Shown here piece after piece: positions 37,380-54,072 of a stretch of DNA of 64,000 nucleotides (positions are counted from its first letter, which is position 1; the number at the start of each line of letters is the position of its first letter). The translations under genes were made by a program, and so were the position numbers. The stretch is from the human T2T-CHM13v2.0 reference genome, Homo sapiens: assembly GCF_009914755.1 (NCBI RefSeq), contig NC_060936.1; one strand, written 5' to 3'. The notes under the pieces were generated by a model. It made no database searches, had not been told where the DNA came from, and saw only the letters and a list, made by a program, of their open reading frames with translations.

Positions 37380-38480
37380 TTCCAAAGGGGATATGGGCCT
37401 CAGGAGGCGCCCAGAGGTGACCTCAGGCGGCCCGACCCAGGAGTCCAAGCTCCAGGAGCAGGGCCACGGGAGCAGCTGCGGAGAGGGGCGGCGCCAGGAG
37501 CCGGAGCGGGCAGCCGGGCGCTTCCAGGAAAAGTGGCGGGCGGCGGCGCGCCAGGGACCGTGGGCGGTGCCGTCGGAGCGGGCGGGTCACGTGACGCCCA
37601 CAACAACGCCCACTTCTTGGTGGGCGGGGCACAGGTGGGCGGGGAGCATGCAAAACAGCCCAGGGCGGCGGCCAATCGCGGCGCGCGCCGGGGGTCCAGG
37701 CCCCGGGGATCCGAGGCGCCGCCCGCGCGCAGTCTCTGGTCACTGCCGCCCGGGGGCTTTTGCCAGCGGCGCCGCGGGCCTGCGTGCTGGGGCAGCGGGC
37801 ACTTCTTCGACCTCGTCCTCCTCGTCCTGTGCGGCCGGCCGGGTGAGGCCGGGCCCGCGTAGGGGGCAGTCGGCGGCTGCCTCCGGCGGAGGTGCCTCGC
37901 GGCGCCCGGGCCGGCCCGCGCCTCGGCGGCGTGCTCCATGCATCCGGAGCCCGCCCCGCCCCCGAGCCGCAGCAGTCCCGAGCTTCCCCCAAGCGGCGGC
38001 AGCACCACCAGCGGCAGCCGCCGGAGCCGCCGCCGCAGCGGGGACGGGGAGCCCCCGGGGGCCCCGCCACCGCCGCCGTCCGCCGTCACCTACCCGGACT
38101 GGATCGGCCAGAGTTACTCCGAGGTGATGAGCCTCAACGAGCACTCCATGCAGGCGCTGTCCTGGCGCAAGCTCTACTTGAGCCGCGCCAAGCTTAAAGC
38201 CTCCAGCCGGACCTCGGCTCTGCTCTCCGGCTTCGCCATGGTGAGCTCCGGCCGCCCTGCCCTGCCCCCTCTACTGTCCCGGCTGCTCCCGCCCGCAGCC
38301 CCGACGGGGCTCTCTGGGCGGGCCGGGCGGGCCAGAGTGAGGGGAAGAGCTGGGAGAAACCGTGGTGAGCGCTGCGCGGGGGGCAGAGGTGCTGGACGTG
38401 AGCACTGGTGGGCGCCGAGTACTCCGATCTGGGGTGGTGACAAGCCATATCAGAGTCCGGGCTCGGGGTGCTTGGGTGCC
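37380..38480. promoter_or_regulatory. CpG island and TATA-less ORAI1 promoter, 5' UTR and exon 1
   Basis: Very high GC and CpG density. GC boxes GGGCGGGG at 37622 and 37637, CCAAT 37672-37676, E-box GTCACGTGAC 37586-37595, TTCCAGGAA 37522-37530. TSS probably near 37700-37770 (inferred). Confidence 0.92.
37938..38240 (+). CDS. ORAI1: ORAI1 exon 1 coding part (Met1-Met101): Pro/Arg-rich N-terminus, ETON region and first part of TM1
   Basis: Translates to [18 protein letters not shown]...[61 protein letters not shown], the human ORAI1 N-terminus (R91, G98). 303 nt, followed by donor ATG|GTGAGC at 38241 (phase 0). Confidence 0.99.
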
Positions 38481-40145
38481 TCCACATGGCCATGCCTGCC
38501 CCAGCAAGAGTGGTAGATGCATCCCGAAGTTAGCTCTGTAAGAAGCCCGCCCCATGTGCGTTCAGGAGCGAAAGGAGGGACTCAGAAGCTCTAACCCAGC
38601 TGGGGGCGTCAGGAGGTGGGGACAAGGAGAAAGACCTTGCGCTGTCTTGTGCCCCGGCACCCGAGGCCGGAAGTTGTTAGCCGTGTTCTTTTATCAGCTC
38701 CTAGAGGGGATTTCCTGACACCCCTTTTCCACCGCATTTTCCGAGAGCCTCAGCCTGGGGGTTTGACAACCAGTCCCCCTCAGTTTTTTCTCCAGAAACT
38801 TGCCACTGAGTCACTGCGTGTGAGGGAGGAGGGAGGGACATGTTCCCGTTGAATGGGCTCTTTATTTTTTATTTGTTCCAAGACGGAGTCTCGCTCTGTC
38901 GCCCAGGCTGGAGTGCAGTGGTGCAATCTCGGCTCACTGAAATTTCCACCTCCTGAGTTCAAGCGATTCTCATGCCTCAGCCTCCCGAGTAGCTGGGATT
39001 ACAGGCTCGCGCCACCACGCCCGGCTAATTTTTGTGTTCTTAGTAGAGACGGGGTTTCACCCTGTTGGCCAGGCTGATCTTTAACTCTCGACCTCGTGAT
39101 CTGCCAAATCTCGGCCTCCCAAAGTGCTGGGATTACAGGCGTGAGCTACCACACCCGGCCCAATGGGCTCTTTCTTGATCTAGGGCATAGGCATGCTTTC
39201 CTTTCCCCACCATCCCAAAGAGCTGGAGTGCAAAGCCTCTGAGGTGTGGGGTGGGTGAGGCTGCGGATGGGCCTGAGAAGTGGCTCTGGGGATACCCTCA
39301 GGCTTGGCATATTGAAGTTTCTCCGTTGCAGGGGACTACATAATAACTACATTATTACCACTCGGTGATATCAGCCTGCCATGAATGGACTCTGCTCCCC
39401 GCCCCTCAGTTCTGTAGACCAGAGCACTCCTGCCCCCGCCACCAGTGAGCTAAGCCCTTGGCCTTGAGGGAGGGAGTGGCTGCACCCTTCGTGTTTTCTT
39501 GGGAAGGGAGTGTGTCTGAAACTCTCCCTGCTTTGCCTTGCAGCAGAGCCTGAATTTTTTAAGGCCCAGAGCACGCTGGGCCACAGTGGAAAGGCCGGGA
39601 GATGGGGAGTGGGAAGCAGCCTTCCCTGCTCAGTTACTTGCTGCCTGTGTGACCTCAAGCAACTCACTCTCCCTGTCCGGGCCTCAATTCCTGAATTGAT
39701 CAAAGAAGGCTGCTACTCAAAAGTTTCTCTGACTTTGAGAATAAAATTGAGGGAGCCCCTGAAAGGAGATCAGGGAGTGTGTTTGCATAAACAGACGGCA
39801 CTCTCATTTTTAGTTTAGACAGGACGGACTTCTGCTCTGTTAATTTCAAATCCTAAGAGACCAGGTTCTGCCTGCTGCCTGAAGAATCTCTAAAAGCAGC
39901 TGGCATTTACTGAACACTCACTCAGTGCTAGGTGCCTTAACTCCTGGGCTTACTCAACAACCCTCTGTGGTGATTTTGTCAAAGGGCTCTCCCAAGACCG
40001 CACAGCCAGTCTGGTGGAGCGGGATTTGAACCCAGCTCTGCTGGTGTTCAGAACTTGCTCAGGCACTTGTACCCATTGCGGTGTATAGGAACTCTGATTG
40101 ATGTCCAGCCAGGGATGTGTTAGGACACTAGGAAATGAGAAATAG

Positions 40146-40403
<258 letters not shown>

Positions 40404-41344
40404 TGATCCACCCGCCTCGGCCTCCCAAAGTGCTGGGATTAGAGGCGTGAGCCACCGGCGCCCGGCCGCAAAAGAGTTTCTTTTAAGCCAAAGAAAGTTT
40501 TATAATTGGTGGTGGGGAGGGAGCTACCAGTTGTCAGCTTTTCCCTGCAGCGCTTGGTATTTAAGATAATGGTTCCCCCTTTTCTTGTGGTCATGAGTTT
40601 ATAGCTGCCCCAGGCTCCTTCTCACTCCTGAGGGGTGAGATCCAGATGAATGACACTTTCCTGCCTTCTCAAGTCCCTTCTTCCTTTCGAAGACAGGCCT
40701 CATGGTCAAATGTCACCTCCTTCTCTTGCTAAAAACAGTGTGGGGAAGTCAGGAGACTGGGGCAGCCAGTGGCATGGAGTGGGCCTTGGCCCACCCAGTC
40801 TGTCTCTTGGGGACTTTTATTTTCCCCCACCTGGGTGGAGAAGGCTTCCTGGCACTACTGATGGAATCCCCAAAGTTCTGCAGGCAGGGAAGGACCGAAC
40901 CCCATGATACTCTCCATTCTGCAGTTACAAGAAGGTAACTGCATGTGCCATGAAGTTGGAAATCTATAGGAGGGATGGGATTGGGTGCAGGGTCTGACCA
41001 TGCCCCACTCCCACTTAGACACCCAGCCTGTAAGTGAGCTTGGGAGAGGAGAGGGTGCCAGCAGCCCCAACGCCATGGTAACAGAGTGACAAGTTTCCTG
41101 GATTACTCTCCCTTGGCTTATGAGTCAGCACAACCAACTTCCTGCCCCCAGAGGGCTTCCTTCCCAGAGACCTGGAAAGTCAGAGGAGCTGACTTGACCT
41201 TTGATTGCCAAGGGATGGGGTCAACCAGGTGAGATTGAGGGAGGGTCTCCCACAAACCCTGGAGGGGATTGAGAGGTTCCCCACTTCATGGGTAGAACAG
41301 CCTGGCCAGGTGGCCGGGAAGTGTTGGGGATGGCTGGTGGGTGA

Positions 41345-41703
<359 letters not shown>

Positions 41704-42757
41704 TAATGTGTATGGAGATGGCAGGTATCCTGCTCTCCCATGGACTCATATGAAGGTTCATTATGAGGCCAGACTGGGCCCATGAAACACAGGAATTTTC
41801 AGGGTCTGATGATGCACACCTTGCCCGGACCCTCTCTGATCTGCAGATGAGATTCTTGCTCCACACGGCAGTTCTAGGAACAGCAGGCCTCAGGCGCACC
41901 ATCCTCCAAACTCTAATGAGAGATACAAAGCAAGGGGGCCTGGATATAGCATAGGATCAGCATCCCGTAGAGCTCCTTAAGCCCAGAGTACTCTTGTGGG
42001 CTTTGATTCAGGTCCTCTGTGCCTCAGTTTATACTTCATTGAGAGGCAGCCAGCCTCAGCCTGACCCCGTCCCCTGCAGGACTGGCGAGCATATGTGGTG
42101 ATCTTGTCTGCTGGGGAAGGCAGGCTGTAACATTAGCCTGAGCTGAAGATAATTGGGAAGGTCAGTCTGCTGCCGTAAACAAAATGCTTTCCATGACCTG
42201 GGATCAATTATTTTTGGATTATCTGCCTCCTCAGTTCTCTGCCCGCCAGCACCCTTTTGTTCCCAAGTTCTAGAGCTGGTTCAGAAGTTGCCTGTAATTT
42301 CTATGAAAATGAGTTGGAAGGAACGACTCAAGTCATAAGACACTGAGCCTCTGTGACGTGTTCAGAGTTCAGGGACCATGTAAATGAGCAAGAAATTGCT
42401 ATTACTATTCCTAGTACTGATCACTGATAGTAATTATTATTGCTGTTGTTGATTGGGCTCTTGCAATAGGCTAGATGGTGCCCCACGTAGCATCTTGTGT
42501 GATCCTCCTATAAACCAGGTGAGTATAGGTGATGGTCATTGAGAGGAAAGACTTGCGCATGGTCACCTGGCTGGGAAGCTGCAGAGCCCTGTGGCTGTGG
42601 TGTAGCGCCATTGCTGTGGGAGAGAAAGCATCAGAGAGTGTAGGGGAACAGAGCTGAGAAGCTCAAGCAGGGTAAGGTCAGAACAGACACTTGAGCAAGA
42701 CAACTTGGTTCAAATCCCAGCTCTACCTCTTATAAGGGCAAGACCTTAGGCAAGTCA

Positions 42758-43174
<417 letters not shown>

Positions 43175-44810
43175 TTAGGGCTGCTAAGGGTTAACTGAGA
43201 AGAATCTGGTTCTTGCCGAGCCTTGAGTGTGGTGGAGTTAGGACTTGAGAAAGCCTTCAAGTCAAAGGAAATGGCAGGAACAGTTAAAGAAGAGAAATTA
43301 CAGGGCCTAGGGGAAAGGTACAGGGGCTGTGGTTGGGGTTGAGGGTCTTCAGGAAGTAGTAGAGAACGGTGAATTTAGCCAGGCAAGATGATGGAGGGCC
43401 TTGATTGGGTGGGAAATTTGAACTCTTGGATAGGCAACAGGGAGCCATTGAAGGTTTTAGACAGGAGTTACATGATGAATTCTATGATGACGGTGGTGGT
43501 GGTTGTGATTACTGTTTACTGAAACCCTGTTGTGCCAGGCATGAGCCTGAACGCTTTTCTTTCATTCTTACTGAATCCTCACCATAGCTCTTAAAAGTAT
43601 GTACTGTAAACAGGAAAACTAAGGCTCCTAGAAGTTAAGATTCTCCAGCTAGTAGAATTCCAGCTCTGGTCTTTCTGGCTGGGAGCCAGTTGAAGAGAAA
43701 GTCTGGGTCTGTGTCCCGCTGACCCTGTATGCAAATTCAGCCTATTCATGGCTTGTAACAAATTTACTAAGTTGCAACCAACACATTTTGTTGTTTCTTT
43801 CTTTTGATAACTTTGGTACCAAGCTCCTGGTCCTTTTTAGAATGAGATAAGGGTGAAATGAAACAAAGTCGCAGCACGCATTGCATCTTGCAAGACCTTA
43901 CTGATGTGCTGTAAGGCTAAATGTTGATTGGTTAAACTTTTGTTTCTGTTATAAACGCGTGTGTGTCTATTTATAGAAACATTTGGAGTCCTGGACTGTC
44001 ATGGTCAAGACTTTGTAAACCACTGCACACTAGGCCTCAATACCCTCTTAAGAGATGGTTTGCATTTGAGGTGGGGCCGGCAGGCTCAGACAGCTCCGGG
44101 TGACCCTGCATGGTTGCGGCCTAGAGGGCCTCATGTTCCAGGCTGCAGCCACCCACCCTCCTAAAAGGGTGGACAAGAAAAGAACTAGGCCAGGGGAAGG
44201 AAGGCTGTGGGACCTGAGGTCAGGCCCAGCATGGGAGGGCTGCCTTAGAGGGCCTGGACTTGCAGGCGCCAGGTGCCCAGGGTCTCCATGGAGCCCAGCA
44301 GGAGCCAGGAGAGATAGCTGGCAATCAGGCGAGGTGGGCTGACGGCTGGTATGGTCCGTCAGGGCCAGCCAGGCCTTGCCCTTCGCAGAATTATGTAACC
44401 CTCTTCTTGGCCCTTGCTAAGGTTTGGCATCTCTAGCCAAAACCCTATTGGGGGGATCCATGGACCAGTGTGAGGTGGAGCTGGTGGTCTTTTGCCTTTC
44501 CTATCCCTTATAGGGCTTGCCTCGCCAGGTTCAGGCGGCCAGTGGCTGGCGGGGGGCTGTTTATTTTGGGCTGACGGGCTATATTTACCTTGTGAAGCTG
44601 CGTGCGATCTGATCTGATCCAATCTTGCTGGGGCTCAGCTGGGGCTCTGGCAGTCAGCTGCCAGATCTGTAGGGCCCCTGGCCCTCCCCCTGCCACCCAA
44701 GGGGAGATTTCCAGAGCAGGAAGTATCCTGGAAAAAGTGGTGGCATTTATTCCTGTGACTTTTTCATCAAGCTCCATGACACATGCCAACCGTTCCTTTC
44801 TTCTCACTTT

Positions 44811-44866
44811 TTTTTTTCCCAGTTGCAAGATTTTATTAAAATTTTTTTTGTTTGTTTCTTAGAACT

Positions 44867-44901
<35 letters not shown>

Positions 44902-45947
44902 TTGATCATTCTTGGGTGTTTCTCGCAGAGGGGGATTTGGCAGGGTCACAGGACAATAGTGGAGGGAAGGTCAGCAGATAAACAAGTGAACAAAGGTCTC
45001 TGGTTTTCCTAGGCAGAGGACCCTGCGGCCTTCCGCAGTGTTTGTGTCCCTGGGTACTTGAGATTAGGGAGTGGTGATGACTCTTAACGAGCATGCTGCC
45101 TTCAAGCATCTGTTTAACAAAGCACATCTTGCACCGCCCTTAATCCATTTAACCCTGAGTGGACACAGCACATGTTTCAGAGAGCACAGGGTTGGGGGTA
45201 AGGTCACAGATCAACAGGATCCCAAGGCAGAAGAATTTTTCTTAGTACAGAACAAAATGAAAAGTCTCCCACGTCTACCTCTTTCTACACAGACACGGCA
45301 ACCATCCGATTTCTCAATCTTTTCCCCACCTTTCCCGCCTTTCTATTCCACAAAACCGCCATTGTCATCCTGGCCCGTTCTCAATGAGCTGTTGGGTACA
45401 CCTCCCAGACGGGGTGGTGGCCGGGCAGAGGGGCTCCTCACTTCCCAGTAGGGGCGGCCAGGCAGAGGCGCCCCGCACCTCCCGGACGGGGCGGCTGGCC
45501 GGGCAGAGGCTGCAATCTCGGCACTTTGGGAGGCCAAGGCAGGCGGCTGGGAGGTGGATGTTGTAGCGAGCCGAGATCACGCCACTGCACTCCAGCCTGG
45601 GCACCATTGAGCACTGAGTGAAGGAGACTCCGTCTGCAATCCCGGCACCTCGGGAGGCCGAGGCTGGCGGATCACTCGCGGTTAGGAGCTGGAGACCAGC
45701 CCGGCCAACACAGCGAAACCCCGTCTCCACCCAAAAGATACGAAAACCAGTCAGGCGTGGCGGCGCGCGCCTGCAATCGCAGGCACTCGGCAGGCTGAGG
45801 CAGGAGAATCAGGCAGGGAGGCTGCAGTGAGCTGAGATGGCAGCAGTACAGTCCAGCTTCGGCTCGGCATCAGAGGGAGACTGTGGAAAGAGAGGGAGAG
45901 GGAGACTGTGGGGAGAGGGAGGGGGAGGGAGAGGGAGAGGGAGAGGG
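44811..45947 (-). mobile_element. SVA retrotransposon (D-F lineage-like) with collapsed VNTR and 3' transduction, antisense in ORAI1 intron 1
   Basis: On minus: (CCCTCT)n about 45947-45890, Alu-like domain about 45890-45510, about 3 VNTR units 45509-45399, SINE-R about 45398-44904, (AAAT)n tail 44903-44866, extra 48 bp, second A-tail. TSD CCTTTCTTCTCACTTT at 44795-44810 and 45948-45963. Confidence 0.96.
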
Positions 45948-46494
45948 CCTTTCTTCTCACTTTGAATCATTCTTTTACACGGCCCCCTGAACCCTGTGGC
46001 ATTGAACTTGGTTCCAAGTGTGGGCACATACAGCCTGCCTAAGTGGACGGAGTTCCAGGAATCGTAGGGTCTGGTGAGGGTAATGGGCTTTCTTCCGGAG
46101 CAGGGCAGCAGGCACTTTCCTCTTCCTCGGAGAGCCCAGCCTCTCCCCTCTCCCCAGCCCAAAACCTCAGGGAGGGCTGGCGAGTGTGGGTGTCCCCGGG
46201 CCGTGTGCGTCCCAACAGCTGCACTGCTTTCTGGCCCTGGAGCCTGTGGGTGTGACAAATGGTGTGGAATGTGGTGGTCTCTGTCCTGTGGAGGTGGCCA
46301 TCAGGCCAGGTGTGGCGTGGGGTACACATCCTTGTGGCCGAGGTTTGGAGCTGGAGCTGCCTCTAAATATAGCAAGCGAGGCCCCGAGTCGGGGTTGGAA
46401 GGTGGGTATGTGGGGTCCCTGTCTCCAGTCTGAGCTGAGGGTATCCAGGCACTATTTCTCTTCCATCCACTTCAAGCTCTGTTTTTCTCCTTTT

Positions 46495-48625
<2,131 letters not shown>

Positions 48626-50554
48626 TGACTGCATAGAGGGGGAGAGACACTACCTCGGGGGTGGCTGGGGCACAGGCGAGGCACCAAGTAGGGAGCAGAA
48701 TGGGACTGCAGACCTGTATACAGGCCCCCCATACACACCCCAGCGGCCAGCTCAGGGCCTGAGCCACCTAAAGGCTCCAGACGTTTCCAGTGAGTGGATC
48801 AGTAGCAGTGGACCTGGGGCAGCTCAGCAACAGCCGCTGCTGCTTGTCCTGTCTTGGGTTTCAGGTTCCGGGGTGGCAGGCCAGAGCAGGAAGAGGAAGT
48901 GCTGGGGGTGGGGAGGTGGCAGGAGACACTGGCTGCTGGAGGGGGCTCCCCTCTTCCAGGTGTGGGCAGGCCTGGGGGCAGAGACAAGGGAGCTGCAGGA
49001 TGTGGCCCTCCATCTGCCGTGCCCTGGTGACCTACCCCACGTCTTGTGTCCAGCACCCACATGTGCTGAGATACCCTCACCCGCATGGACTCAGAATTCT
49101 CAGGGCTGGCTTTCGGCCACCAAAGATCTTAAACACGGTAGAAATCCTGATGGCATTGCCCCAAATTTATATGAGCTTGAAATGTTTTGTAAACGCCTGG
49201 ACTGAGAAGTACATACCGCCATCCACTGTGGGCATTCTTAGACAAAAGCCTGTGAATCCTGTTGAAATTGTCAGAAAAGTCCTGTGAATAAATGATACTT
49301 GGCTGTTTTAAGGAGAGTGTCCACCATCTTCAGATTCTCAGAGATGTCCGACCCCAAGTCAGATCCAGATTGTGACCTTCATCTCGCTGCAGCCCCTTTT
49401 TTTATGGGTGTTGAGGAGGGTCTTGGCCAAGGTTACCGGTAAACAGGCAGTTAAGGAGCTGGAACATGGGTTTGCCAGTTTGGCCTGGCGTTCTTTATGC
49501 CTGAGTGTGCCCCTCTGGAGGATGTTGTAAAGAGACTGTGGGGTGGGGATGAGGTTCCTAAACTGAGTAATAATGAAGCTCACTTTTATTGAGGGTTTGT
49601 TGTGTGCCGGACACTACCTGTTTTACATGGATTGACTCTCTTAATCCTCAGAAGAAGCCTTCGAGGCTTGTCCCATTATTCCCATTTTACAGATGTGAAA
49701 ACAGAGGCACAGAAAGTTGAAAGCTTGCCAGAGTCATACAGCCCAATCAAGGGCAGGGGAGTCAGGGTTCAAGCCAGGCAGACTGTAAAAGGAGAGCGGT
49801 GGGGAAGGAAGGAGTCCACACCCCTACCTAGGGCAGGAGGGGTGAGGACAGGAATTCCCTGCCTGCTGGGGGCCAGGCTAGTGTGCGGCTAATGGAGAAA
49901 CTTCAACATTAGGCTTGCCGCTCTGAGCCTGCCACATATATAGCAAACACCTTATAAAGAGTCACTGTCCTTGATGGAATGACTGCCATAGGTATCCGCC
50001 ATCTCCCTACCCCTGTCCCTCCAGCCCTCATGGGTTGACCATGGTTGTGTGCCCACTGCCCGCTGCTCCTGGCCCAGATCTGATAAGCTGGCTCCTTTGC
50101 ATGGGGGTGACTTGCAAGGCCCAGGTGAGGAGCAGTGGGTGTCTGGCCCGGAGCATGCCCCTGGTGACCTCGGGTCCACAGGTCTCCAGGAACTGGGGGC
50201 AGCTGGTGTGTCAGCCCTGGGGCTGGGGAGGAGACAGCCCCAGGGTGTACTGGCCACCCAGCCTGCACCAGGGCTGGGCCCGTCGCTTCTGGGAAGCCTG
50301 CTCTGTATGTCAGGTCGTGCGCTGTGTTCTCAGAAGGGCCTGAGTGTGCCCTGGGAGGGCAGCCACCACCCCTCTGCATGTCCCCAGAGCAGGGCATGAA
50401 GGAGAAGCCTCTGCTTGGGTGTGAGGATGTGGGGCCAGCAGGCATGATGGCTGGCGATTGCTTTTTTTAATGCTTTTATTTTAACCATAGTAAAATACGC
50501 ATAACAAAATTTACCATTTTGACCACTGATGGTGGTGGTTGGTACTAATTTTAA

Positions 50555-52856
<2,302 letters not shown>

Positions 52857-53250
52857 GCCCATGTGGTCTGGGCCCTTCCAGTGCTTTGGCCTTACGCCCT
52901 TCCCCTTGACCTTGTCCTGCCCCAGCCTCACGGACAGCCTGCGCAGGGGGCTGGGCTTCAGCAAGGGGCAGAGCATGGAGGGAAGAGGATTTTTTATAAG
53001 AGAAATTTCTGCACTTTGAAACTGTCCTCTAAGAGAATAAGCATTTCCTGTTCTTCCAGCTCCAGGTCCACCTCCTGTTGGGAGGCGGTGGGGGGCCAAA
53101 GTGGGGCCACACACTCGCTGTGTCCCCTCTCCTCCCCTGTGCCAGTGCCACCTGGGTGCCTCCTCCTGTCCTGTCCGTCTCAACCTCCCTCCCGTCCAGC
53201 ATTGAGTGTGTACATGTGTGTGTGACACATAAATATACTCATAAGGACAC
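52857..53250 (+). other. ORAI1: ORAI1 3' UTR (proximal form)
   Basis: Unique sequence after the stop, up to variant poly(A) hexamers and a GU-rich downstream element; the end is approximate. Confidence 0.75.
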
Positions 53251-53278
53251 CTCCTTCCCGTGTCTTGTATTTGTTGGG
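53228..53278 (+). terminator. ORAI1 proximal poly(A) site: overlapping variant hexamers CATAAA/AATATA plus GU-rich downstream element
   Basis: CATAAA 53228-53233, AATATA 53232-53237, TGTA just upstream, and gtgtcttgtatttgttgg at about 53260-53277. Confidence 0.7.
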
Positions 53279-53593
53279 CCTGGGCTACTGCTCACCCTGG
53301 TTAGGTGAGCCTCTAGGAAAACTTAAAACAAATTTTAAGCCAGGTATGGTGGCACATACCTGTGGTCTCAGCTATTCAGGAGGCCAAGGCAGGAGGATCT
53401 CTTGAGCCCAGGAGTTTGAGACCCCATCTCAAACAAAAAATACAAAAATTAGCCAGCCACGGCGCCTGCACTTCCAGCTCCTTTGAGAGACTGAGGCAGG
53501 AAGATTGCCTAAGCCCAGGAGGCCAAGTCTGCAGTGAGCTATGGTAACACCACTGCACTCCAACCTGGGCAACAGAGGGAGACTCTGTCTCTA

Positions 53594-53920
<327 letters not shown>

Positions 53921-54072
53921 TTATTTTGAGAAATTTCAAACCTACAAAAAGTTGCAGGAATAGTGTCTATCTGAAATACATATTCAGTCTTTTCTTTAGA
54001 AGTCTTTTTTTTTTTTTTTTTTTAAATAGAGCCTCACTCTGTCACCCAGGCTGGAGTGCAGTGGCACGATCT

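Noticed and set aside
37400-38144. Long antisense ORFs (229, 215 and 134 aa) over the CpG island
   Set aside because: Stop codons are rare at this GC content, the products are low-complexity, and no family is recognisable.
38241-38516. Continuation of the 192-aa ORF past Met101
   Set aside because: It is read-through into intron 1 beyond the GTGAGC donor.
45071-45451. 126-aa ORF MVMTLNEHAAFKHLFNKAHL...
   Set aside because: A recurrent antisense reading of the SVA SINE-R domain.
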